This document shows, in pieces, positions 1 through 7,357 of a DNA stretch of 20,000 nucleotides. The translations under genes and the position numbers were made by a program. Source of the stretch: an uncultured virus (IMG/VR IMGVR_UViG_3300036401_000412) (Duplodnaviria; Heunggongvirae; Uroviricota; Caudoviricetes); IMG/VR virus record IMGVR_UViG_3300036401_000412; one strand, given 5' to 3'. Numbering within the stretch: position 1 is the stretch's first letter; every line of letters begins with the position of its first letter. Below the pieces are notes generated by a model. It worked only from the letters and a program-made list of their open reading frames with translations, made no database searches and was not told the origin of the DNA.

Positions 1-234
1 GAGTGCACCGAAGTCGCCATCCAACGCGGTGGTGGCGTGCTCGCGGTTATCTTCATCGATTGGCAGATGGTAAACTTGCGAAGCCCAGAGCGGCGCCCAG
101 AACGACACCGCACGTCCGTTGTTTGACATCAGCCGTTGCGTCTCGTTGGCCGACACCTGCATCGCCGACGCAATCGCCGCCACGCTCAATGTGATACGCG
201 TGACCACCATCAGCGGCTTGTCGCGAAAACTCAT
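1..234 (-). CDS. Hypothetical protein, runs off the left edge (not in the ORF track)
   Basis: ATG at 234-232 overlaps the TGA (233-231) of the upstream nuclease gene (ATGA coupling). My translation, MSFRDKPLMVVTRITLSVAAIASAMQVSANETQRLMSNNGRAVSFWAPLWASQVYHLPIDEDNREHATTALDGDFGAL, stays open to base 1. Confidence 0.65.
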   Translation of the reverse strand, partial: MSFRDKPLMVVTRITLSVAAIASAMQVSANETQRLMSNNGRAVSFWAPLWASQVYHLPIDEDNREHATTALDGDFGAL

Positions 235-788
235 GCCGCATCTTCCTCCGGCACCGGGAACATCAGCCGCCGCTTGCGCGGCACACCCCAGGTATCGAGC
301 GCGCGCAGCACCTGTTCCATCTTGTCGCACACCGCGACGTCGCAGCCGGCCAGCCGCGCCGCCGCGATCACCGCCTCCTGTTCATCGGTCAGCGCGCCAT
401 CCTCGGATTTTAGTTCGATCAGGTGACACTTGCCGCGATACAGGAAGAACGTGTCCGGCACGCCCGCGATCATGCCGCGACCGACGCGCACGCCCGGGAC
501 TTCACCGGCATAGTTCGCGTGATCGACGCTGAACCACACCACGCCGAATTTCGACAGCTTGCCGGGTGGCGCGATCTCCAGCGTCAATACTTTTGTCAGG
601 GTGCGCTGGATCGAATGCTCCGGCACCACCGGCATCACCAGCTTGAACTGCTTGCGGTTCGCGCGCGCCACCATGATCCTGCTCCACCAGCTTTGCCGGG
701 GACGATCCGGCGGGCGGTGGGACAGGTCAACCGAACCCTCGCGGGCGACCAGCGCCTCGATATCAGCGAGCATCCGCCCGACGCTCAC
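231..788 (-). CDS. VRR-NUC / PD-(D/E)xK nuclease (phage resolvase-like)
   Basis: EHSIQ...GMIAGVPDTFFLYRGKCHLIELKSEDGALTDEQEAV matches the VRR-NUC pattern E..iQ / GvPD / iElK / G.l...Q. The GTG start overlaps the upstream TGA. Confidence 0.85.
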   Translation of the reverse strand: MSVGRMLADIEALVAREGSVDLSHRPPDRPRQSWWSRIMVARANRKQFKLVMPVVPEHSIQRTLTKVLTLEIAPPGKLSKFGVVWFSVDHANYAGEVPGVRVGRGMIAGVPDTFFLYRGKCHLIELKSEDGALTDEQEAVIAAARLAGCDVAVCDKMEQVLRALDTWGVPRKRRLMFPVPEEDAA

Positions 789-967
789 GCCGCCTTGCTT
801 TCGGCGTAGGCTCGCGCGGCGATCTCCAGCACCTTGGCGCGGGAACGTTCCTCCCGGCGCGCGATCTGGTCGAGCCGCTTCACCAGCGCGGTCGGCAGCC
901 GCAGCGAGATCACCACCGACTCACGCTGCGACCTGGGTGGGGTAAGTCTCTTGACGGCACTGGGCAT
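785..967 (-). CDS. Ribbon-helix-helix (CopG/Arc-like) transcriptional regulator, 60 aa
   Basis: Start corrected to ATG 967 (GGAG RBS upstream). VVISLRLPTALVKRLDQIARREERSRAKVLEIAARAY is a beta-strand + helix + 'SR' turn + helix RHH pattern. Confidence 0.8.
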   Translation of the reverse strand: MPSAVKRLTPPRSQRESVVISLRLPTALVKRLDQIARREERSRAKVLEIAARAYAESKAA

Positions 968-1036
968 TGAGGGGTCTCCACAAGTCGCTACAAACAGTAT
1001 TGCACATTCCCGGCGAATCTGGCAACACATGGCCCC
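968..1036. promoter_or_regulatory. Divergent promoter region between the RHH operon and the early operon
   Basis: Short, relatively AT-rich gap between divergent genes. Plus strand has TTGCAC(1000-1005)-N17-CAACAC; minus strand has an overlapping TTGCCA-N17-CAATAC(T). Confidence 0.5.
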
Positions 1037-1597
1037 ATGAGCAAACCACCCGCCAGACCACTCACCGCCCGTGAGATCGAGCAGGCCGTCTCGCTGTATC
1101 AGCAGTTGAAGGCCGCCGTCCTCCACGACGACGCGGAGGGGGAGCGTTCATTCTTCCACGATGAGGATGAGATCGACACGGTGATCGAGCATGCCGGTCA
1201 CGTGCCACCGCGCGAGATGCTGCCCGGTTTGATCGATGCTGCGGTTCTGCTCGATCAAAAAGCCGACCATCTGGACGCGCTGCGCAAACGCTACACCGAG
1301 CGGCGCGACCGCTACCGGGTGCGCTGCGATCGGGTGCGCGCCACCCTTGATCAGTTGATGGCGGTGCTCGGCGAGACCGCCGCCGAGGGCGACCTGGGCA
1401 GCGCCAGCTATGTGAAGCCACGCAAGCACGTCGTGGTGCCTGACGTGAACAAATTGCCCGAGCAATTCATCAAGCGCACCGATCCCGAGCCACGCAAGGG
1501 GGAGATCGCCGCCGAGTTCAGGGCAGGCCGCACGGTGGAAGGCGCCGAGATGTCCAGCGGCAACGAACCGCCATCGCTCAGAATCACCGCGTATTAG
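1037..1597 (+). CDS. Siphovirus Gp157-like protein
   Basis: Coiled-coil middle followed by KHVVVPDVNKLPEQFIKRTDPEPRKGEIAAEFRAGRTVEGAEMS..PSLRI, typical of the Gp157 family. It lies in the same operon as an ERF-like annealase. Confidence 0.8.
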   Translation: MSKPPARPLTAREIEQAVSLYQQLKAAVLHDDAEGERSFFHDEDEIDTVIEHAGHVPPREMLPGLIDAAVLLDQKADHLDALRKRYTERRDRYRVRCDRVRATLDQLMAVLGETAAEGDLGSASYVKPRKHVVVPDVNKLPEQFIKRTDPEPRKGEIAAEFRAGRTVEGAEMSSGNEPPSLRITAY

Positions 1598-1608
1598 GAG
1601 CCGCACCC

Positions 1609-2037
1609 ATGTCGCTACTCGACTTCGACGACGGCAAGCCCGGCATTCCGGTGACCCGCGTCTACTTCTACTCTGATTTCGTGAACTGGCGCGGCCGCCT
1701 GATCCGCTTCAACCCGCTGGCGCTGCCCGCGATCCAGGCCGAGATCGACAGCCACTTCACCGCCGCCAGCGGGCATCCCGCGAAGCAGTTGCTGACCATG
1801 TCCTGGATACCGGGCGAGGATTGGACCGGCACGGTGTATCAGGACATCTACCTGAGCAATCTGCCGCGCTTCGGTCGTTGGACCCCCTCTGCTCACGCCT
1901 ACGCGCACGATACGGCAGCAAAACTTCTCGGCCTGCTGTTCATGGATAACGCGATCACGCGGCCCGACCGATGGGGATCGGGACACTACCTAAAAGACGG
2001 CATCCCGATCCGGGGTCGGACCTATTTCCGTATCTGA
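1609..2037 (+). CDS. Hypothetical protein, aromatic-rich
   Basis: AGGAG RBS at about 1596-1600, coding-like codon usage, fills the gap in the operon. Confidence 0.7.
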   Translation: MSLLDFDDGKPGIPVTRVYFYSDFVNWRGRLIRFNPLALPAIQAEIDSHFTAASGHPAKQLLTMSWIPGEDWTGTVYQDIYLSNLPRFGRWTPSAHAYAHDTAAKLLGLLFMDNAITRPDRWGSGHYLKDGIPIRGRTYFRI

Positions 2038-2059
2038 TCGCACACACAAGGGGATCACC

Positions 2060-3169
2060 ATGTCTGACACCAGCAACCGCACCAACGTCGCCCGCATGCC
2101 GACGCAACAGCCGTCCAAGCTTGAGATCGATTTCCCGGCGCTGATGATGCTGAGCCTCGAAAAGGGCCTCGATCCGCAGGTCATCGTGACGATGATGCAA
2201 GGCGAGATCGAGCGGCGCCAGCGCGAGGCGCTCGATCTGGTCAAGGCGGACATCTACGGCGATATGCTGCCGGTGCTGAAAGACGGCCATAACAAGCACC
2301 TGGGCAACCGCTACAACACCATTCCGAAAATGATGGAGATGCTCCAGCCGATCCTCAAAGGTTACGGCGTGTTCGTGGGCTTCGACGTGGGCGTGCTGCC
2401 CGGTGAACCCCCGGTCGCGGACGGCTACATCCGGATCAGGATCGTGGTCAGTTATCGCGGCTATTCCGATCGCAGCAGTTACATCGATGAGCCGATCAGC
2501 CGGGGCGGCGTGCGCGGCGGCGTCACCCAGATGAACGATCAGCAGGCCATCACCAGCGCCACCACCTATGGCGCCCGCACGCTGTTGAAACTCAAATTCA
2601 ACATCAGCGGCGTCGAGGATGACGACGACGCCGAGGGCGCCCGCGAGACCGCCGAGCAGCGGCGAGACCGCGAGGCGGCACAGCGCAAGACCGATGAGGA
2701 AAGTCGCCGCGCGGCCAACGCACCTGATCCCGCCACGCTGTTTCCGAGCGTCGCCAAGAATCTCGCCCGCGCGACCACCGTCGCGAATGTCGACAGCCTC
2801 GCCGCGAACGAACAGGTGGTAAAGTTCCGCGCCTTGCAGACGCCGGCCAATCAGGCGCTGATCGACAAGATGATGGCCGATCGGCGTGACGCGTTGGTCA
2901 CCGCGCGGATGATGGACAACTATGATCAGGGGAAGGCCGTCGCTGATCTGCCGGACGATATCGACATGGAGGATAAGCAGGGCGAGACGTCGCTGGACGC
3001 GGCGGGCGCACTGATCGGGCGGGTCAATATCTGCCATACGCCGAGCGAGATCGATGCGATCATCGCCGAACCGGCGTTCGTCGAGGCGATGGCCGATCTG
3101 TTCCCGCCCGACCGTGACAAGGTCACCGCCGTGATTGCGACGCGCCGCGCGCAGGTGGGCACCGCATGA
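2060..3169 (+). CDS. ERF-family single-strand annealing protein (recombinase)
   Basis: LPVLKDGHNKHLGNRYNTIPKMMEMLQPILKGYGV and QQAITSATTYGARTLLKLKFNISGVEDDDDAEG resemble the ERF motif (GSA.TY.rRY.L...f.i...DDD), followed by a helical C-terminal extension. Confidence 0.8.
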   Translation: MSDTSNRTNVARMPTQQPSKLEIDFPALMMLSLEKGLDPQVIVTMMQGEIERRQREALDLVKADIYGDMLPVLKDGHNKHLGNRYNTIPKMMEMLQPILKGYGVFVGFDVGVLPGEPPVADGYIRIRIVVSYRGYSDRSSYIDEPISRGGVRGGVTQMNDQQAITSATTYGARTLLKLKFNISGVEDDDDAEGARETAEQRRDREAAQRKTDEESRRAANAPDPATLFPSVAKNLARATTVANVDSLAANEQVVKFRALQTPANQALIDKMMADRRDALVTARMMDNYDQGKAVADLPDDIDMEDKQGETSLDAAGALIGRVNICHTPSEIDAIIAEPAFVEAMADLFPPDRDKVTAVIATRRAQVGTA

Positions 3170-3393
3170 CGGATGAACTGGGACGTCCCCGGGCACCGCT
3201 GACCCAGGTCGAACTCGATCGTGGGGGCTGCGGCACCCCCAACTGCGGCCACGACCACAGCGTGCTCTTTCTGCACGGCGCGTGTCACCCGAGCATGGGG
3301 TCACGCGTCGCCTACCACAAAGCGACCGGCGTGCTGGAGATCACCTGCCGCCGCTGCAACGCGCCGATCGCTTCGATCGAGGTGGCACCATGA
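3166..3393 (+). CDS. Small Cys/His-rich putative zinc-binding protein
   Basis: ATGA coupling at both ends; motifs CGTPNCGHDH, HGACH and CRRC. Confidence 0.75.
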   Translation: MTDELGRPRAPLTQVELDRGGCGTPNCGHDHSVLFLHGACHPSMGSRVAYHKATGVLEITCRRCNAPIASIEVAP

Positions 3394-3722
3394 CCGATGA
3401 CCCGATACGCGGCCCGGGCGGGCGCCCAGAGCCGCCTGCGCTGGCCCCGCCCAGCAACGTGGCCAACCTACGGCTGCCCGGTCAGGCGCCGCCGGAGGCG
3501 CACGCGGTGGCGCTGGAGCGGTTGCTGGAGGCGATGTGCCTGTGCGGCACGATCAGCCGTGACGCCGCCACCGCCTACCTGATGGCGCTGAAATTGACCG
3601 GCGTGTCCGCACCCTACGGCGAGCACGGCATCGCGGTGGCCAAAATCCTGACCAGCTACCAGAAACGCCTGGAGGCGCATCTGGCGAACGTGCCGAACCG
3701 GCCGCCGCCGAGTGCGGCATGA
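3390..3722 (+). CDS. Hypothetical protein, 110 aa
   Basis: Start corrected to ATG 3390 (GAGGTGG RBS, ATGA overlap); ATGA overlap with the next gene. Confidence 0.7.
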   Translation: MTDDPIRGPGGRPEPPALAPPSNVANLRLPGQAPPEAHAVALERLLEAMCLCGTISRDAATAYLMALKLTGVSAPYGEHGIAVAKILTSYQKRLEAHLANVPNRPPPSAA

Positions 3723-4357
3723 GCGACAAGCTGATCGAACTCCTCGGCAAGCGCATCGTGCTGACCCACGGCGCGGAGACCGATACCATCAGCTTCGTCG
3801 AGGATGACGGCACTGGGCGCGTATGCGGCGGCTGCACGGCGTGCTGCAAGCTGTTGCCGGTGCCCGGGCCACCGTTGCACAAGCCCGCCGGCACCCGCTG
3901 CCAGCACCAGCGCACCGGCAAGGGCTGCGCGATCCACGGGCAGCATCCGTTCGCCTGCAAGGTGTTCGCCTGCCGCTGGCTGGCCGACGCCGAGACCGCC
4001 GGGCTGCCACGGCCAGACCGCGCGCATTACGTGATCGACCCGCAGACCGACTATGTCGAGATGACCGAGGTGGAGGGCGGCCCCAAGACCCGCGTCGGCG
4101 TCATCCAGATATGGGTCGATCCGGCATTCCGCGACGCCCACCGCGCACCGTCACTACGCGCGTATATGCTGAGAATGGCGCTGGATTATCGCATGGCGAG
4201 CATCATCCGGTTCGGCTCGCACGAGGCCGTGGTGATCTTCCCACCGCCGATGTGCAGCGACGGCCAGTGGCACGAGGAAGCCGGCGGCCGCATCGTCGCG
4301 CGTGACGCCGACGACGCGCTGGTGCTAGCTGAGGCCGAGATCAAACAGGGGAACTGA
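3719..4357 (+). CDS. YkgJ-like CxxCxxCC Zn/Fe-S cysteine-cluster protein
   Basis: CGGCTACC...RCQH...GCAIH..HPFACKVFACRWL eight-cysteine pattern. Confidence 0.8.
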   Translation: MSDKLIELLGKRIVLTHGAETDTISFVEDDGTGRVCGGCTACCKLLPVPGPPLHKPAGTRCQHQRTGKGCAIHGQHPFACKVFACRWLADAETAGLPRPDRAHYVIDPQTDYVEMTEVEGGPKTRVGVIQIWVDPAFRDAHRAPSLRAYMLRMALDYRMASIIRFGSHEAVVIFPPPMCSDGQWHEEAGGRIVARDADDALVLAEAEIKQGN

Positions 4358-4359
4358 TC

Positions 4360-5499
4360 ATGGCCACGATCAACGTCGCCGCCGGCCAGTCGATCCAAGC
4401 CGCGATCGATGCCGCCACTGCGGGCGACACTATCGATGTCGCTGCGGGGAACTATGGCTCGCAATTCCTCACCATCGGCAAATCCCTCACGCTGGAGGCG
4501 ATCGGCGGCGCGGCGATCATCCATGCCACGTCCAACGCACCGAACGGCAAGGCGATCATCACCGAGGGCGCGGTCGGTCTCACCGTCAACATCTCGGGCT
4601 TCGATGTCTCAGGCGCGGTGGTCGGCGACAACAACGGCGCCGCTGTGCGCTATGAGGGCGGCACGCTCAATCTTTCCAATGTGCATTTCCACGACAATCA
4701 GGAAGGCTTGCTGGGCGGTGCCTACGCGGCCGGCGTGATCAACATCGACCACAGCGAGATCGACCACAACGGCGACGGCAGCGGTTCCACGCATGATCTC
4801 TACATCGGCGCCATCGCCACGTTCAGGCTGACCAATTCCTATGTGCACGACACGCTGGAGGGCCACGACGTCAAATCGCGCGCGGCCAACAACACCATCA
4901 CCGGCAACCGCATCTTCGACAACAATTCCACCGCGAGCTACACGATCGATCTGCCGAACGGCGGCAACGCCACGATCCAGAACAACGTGATCGAGCAGGG
5001 ACCGAACACCCACAACCCGGCGATGCTCGCCTATGGCGAGGAAGGCATCGCCGCCGGCTACGGCACCTCAGTCGGGTTCACCGGCAATACGTTCGTCAAT
5101 GACGACGCCGCGTCGAACGCATCCTTCGTGCTCAATCCAACCGGCACGCCGCTGGGCTTCACGAATAACAGCGTCTATGGGTTTGGTGCCGGCAAGCTGC
5201 CGGTTGGTTCCGGCACAGTATTGTTGACGTCGCATCCCACACTCGATACGTCTGCGATGCAGTTCGTCTACCCCGGCGGCACCATCACGCCGCCACCACC
5301 GCCGCCACCGCCGCCACCACCGCTCACATTGGATCAGTATCATGCGCAAGTTGTAGCCGAGTTCAGCGCGTTCTTTCTGGCGCACCCCGAGGCGCTCGCC
5401 AGCACGGCGCCGTGGCGCGCCGCGATCGTCACTGAGATGACCAGCACCACCGTGCTGACCACCCCGCCCCCGGGCGATTTATGGACACCGCACCCATGA
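4360..5499 (+). CDS. Right-handed parallel beta-helix (pectin-lyase-like fold) protein with poly-Pro linker and small C-terminal domain
   Basis: N-terminal cap INVAAGQSIQAAIDAATAGDTIDVAAGNY; Asn-ladder repeats (HFHDN, EIDHN, ITGNRIFDN, IQNNVIE, FTGNTFVN); 11 consecutive Pro at 5290-5322. Confidence 0.85.
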   Translation: MATINVAAGQSIQAAIDAATAGDTIDVAAGNYGSQFLTIGKSLTLEAIGGAAIIHATSNAPNGKAIITEGAVGLTVNISGFDVSGAVVGDNNGAAVRYEGGTLNLSNVHFHDNQEGLLGGAYAAGVINIDHSEIDHNGDGSGSTHDLYIGAIATFRLTNSYVHDTLEGHDVKSRAANNTITGNRIFDNNSTASYTIDLPNGGNATIQNNVIEQGPNTHNPAMLAYGEEGIAAGYGTSVGFTGNTFVNDDAASNASFVLNPTGTPLGFTNNSVYGFGAGKLPVGSGTVLLTSHPTLDTSAMQFVYPGGTITPPPPPPPPPPPLTLDQYHAQVVAEFSAFFLAHPEALASTAPWRAAIVTEMTSTTVLTTPPPGDLWTPHP

Positions 5500-5681
5500 C
5501 CGACGCCGACGACAACATCCGCCTGATCGCCGAGCTACGCCAACAGATCGCCGAGCAGCACGCCCAGATCACCGACCTGACCCGGCACAACAAGGAACTG
5601 CGGCAGGCCGTGGACGCGCTGTTGCAGCCGGCGCCGAGCGAGCTATTGCCGCAGAACGCGGCGCACCCTTCGCGGCAGTGA
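5496..5681 (+). CDS. Small coiled-coil protein
   Basis: ATGA overlap at 5496; heptad pattern LIAELRQQIAEQHAQITDLTRHNKELRQAVDALL. Confidence 0.6.
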   Translation: MTDADDNIRLIAELRQQIAEQHAQITDLTRHNKELRQAVDALLQPAPSELLPQNAAHPSRQ

Positions 5682-5834
5682 GTTGTCGGCAGACTTTACG
5701 ACTTGCACCGATCTGCTGACTTTCGTCAGTTAAGTCATTGATCCTGCAACGTGACGATTTCTGAACAACCCCCTTTGCAATCATGTTCCAATGCCCGCGT
5801 CCCAATCCGGGACACCTTTGCAAAGGGAAACGAC
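5682..5834 (+). promoter_or_regulatory. Regulatory region of the PEP-CTERM cassette
   Basis: Relatively AT-rich gap containing TGTCGG-N5-TTTACG (5684-5700), the palindrome CTGAC-TTTC-GTCAG (5716-5729), IHF-like TAAGTCATTGATC (5731-5743) and the perfect palindrome CCTTTGCAAAGG (5815-5826) overlapping the RBS. Confidence 0.5.
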
Positions 5835-6482
5835 ATGCGAAACCTCCTGATTGCAGCGACCGCGCTTGCTGGGCTGGCCTTCGCCGCTCCGGCCAGCGCC
5901 ACGCTGATCTCCAGCGCCTCCTCGACCGGCGGCGCACTCACCGCAGGCTGCAACGTGAATGACGGCGGCACCGGCGGCATCGCCGCAAGCTGCTCCGGTG
6001 GCGGCTTCACCAACGTCTCGATCCTGGCATCAGGCCCGCCTCAGTTGAACCCGCCTGATCTCAGTGCCACCACGCTGACCGTCGCGGCTGGCCCTCTGGC
6101 AGCCACCACCACACTGACTGTCAGCGTCGCCTCCTCTGGCTGGTCCTTCGCTGGCGGCCCGGTCGAGGCTTTGTTTACGGTCAACAACCTGATTGGTGCC
6201 GGAACCGGCCCGTTCGTGCTGACCGCTGACTCGCCGGTCGGCACGCTCACCCACACGTTCAACGGCGCCGGCAGTGAGACCGACGGCCCGACCGTGCTGG
6301 GCGCATTCAATTCCGATACCGCGACCTTCACGCTGACCTTCGGCCCGTCGGCCACCGCGCAGTCGATCGACGCGACGATCGAGATCGAGGGCGTGACCGT
6401 GCCGGAGCCGGCCTCGCTGGGCCTGTTTGGGGTTGGCCTGCTCGGGCTTGGCATGGTCGCCAAGCGGCGCCGGGCGGCCTGA
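5835..6482 (+). CDS. PEP-CTERM sorting-domain protein 1
   Basis: Start corrected to ATG 5835 (AAGGGA RBS). Signal peptide MRNLLIAATALAGLAFAAPASA; C-terminus VPEPASLGLFGVGLLGLGMVAKRRRAA (PEP + transmembrane helix + basic cluster). Confidence 0.95.
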   Translation: MRNLLIAATALAGLAFAAPASATLISSASSTGGALTAGCNVNDGGTGGIAASCSGGGFTNVSILASGPPQLNPPDLSATTLTVAAGPLAATTTLTVSVASSGWSFAGGPVEALFTVNNLIGAGTGPFVLTADSPVGTLTHTFNGAGSETDGPTVLGAFNSDTATFTLTFGPSATAQSIDATIEIEGVTVPEPASLGLFGVGLLGLGMVAKRRRAA

Positions 6483-6520
6483 GCACGTAAGCGGGGAGAC
6501 ACCCGCGTCTGGGAGCAACT

Positions 6521-6551
6521 GGGGGCGGCGGTTACCCCTATCCGCCGCCCC
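6521..6551 (+). terminator. GC-rich hairpin after PEP-CTERM gene 1 (terminator or stabiliser)
   Basis: GGGGCGGCGG...CCGCCGCCCC 10-bp stem followed by only a weak U tract (GCCTTT). Confidence 0.5.
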
Positions 6552-6589
6552 GCCTTTCCACCACCGAACCACCAAGAGGATACCACACA

Positions 6590-7273
6590 ATGAGACGGCT
6601 TTTGACCACCACCGCCCTGATTGCCGGAGCGCTGTGCTTCGGCAGCGCGGCGAACGCGACCGCGATCACGGCGGCATCCGACATCCTGGTGTCGTTTTCC
6701 GGCAGCGGCGGCAGCCCGAGCACGCTCGGCACCGCCAAGGCCGAACTCGGCAATTTCGTGTTCAGCGGCAAAACGGTCACCTTCGATATGGACGTGACCA
6801 ACACCAGCGTCACGCCGGTCGACGCGCGGCTCACCGCGCTGGGCTGGGTGACGGCGCCACCCACCACGGCGATCACTGACACCACCAATGTCTATGCCAG
6901 CACCACCAACGTCAGTCTGGGGCCGAACAGCCTGAGCGTCTGCTTCTACTCGGGGCCGAACTGCAACGGCGGCAGCAACGGCGGGTTGGAGAACCCGGCC
7001 AACAACGGGCTGCATGGTGATCCGACCACCACCGGCATATTCAGCGTCACGGTGACGTTCAGTGGCTTCGTGCCGCCGCTGGATTTTTCCGGCTTCCTCG
7101 GCAAGTTCCAGACCGCCAATGGCTCATTTGACGTCACCGGCACGGCCACCGATTGCGTCACCGGGTGCGTGATCAACCCGGTGATTGTCGCAGCACCGGA
7201 ACCCGCCTCCATCGCCCTGTTGGGCCTCGGCCTACTGGGCACCGCCGCCGTAGCCCGCCGCAAGCGGAGCTAA
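6590..7273 (+). CDS. PEP-CTERM sorting-domain protein 2 (resembles the cistern-type family)
   Basis: GAGGA RBS; signal peptide MRRLLTTTALIAGALCFGSAANA; VCFYSGPNCNGGSNGGL Cys-turn; C-terminus APEPASIALLGLGLLGTAAVARRKRS. Confidence 0.95.
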   Translation: MRRLLTTTALIAGALCFGSAANATAITAASDILVSFSGSGGSPSTLGTAKAELGNFVFSGKTVTFDMDVTNTSVTPVDARLTALGWVTAPPTTAITDTTNVYASTTNVSLGPNSLSVCFYSGPNCNGGSNGGLENPANNGLHGDPTTTGIFSVTVTFSGFVPPLDFSGFLGKFQTANGSFDVTGTATDCVTGCVINPVIVAAPEPASIALLGLGLLGTAAVARRKRS

Positions 7274-7281
7274 GGCCAACA

Positions 7282-7308
7282 AGGGGCGGCGTTGCGAGCG
7301 CCGCCCCT
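7282..7308 (+). terminator. GC-rich hairpin after PEP-CTERM gene 2
   Basis: AGGGGCGGCG-ttgcgag-CGCCGCCCCT 10-bp stem with no strong U tract. Confidence 0.5.
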
Positions 7309-7357
7309 GTCGACTCAGACACGTGACTGAACACCATCAAACAAGGAAAACGTTACA

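Noticed and set aside
53..241. 62-aa minus-strand ORF in the track
   Set aside because: The alternative frame starting at 234 is ATGA-coupled to the upstream gene and stays open, so it is the better gene call.
5760..5825. Sigma-54 -24/-12 promoter before PEP-CTERM gene 1
   Set aside because: Both TTGCA sites lack a GG at the required 10-nt spacing (AC and CG are found instead), so it is not called.
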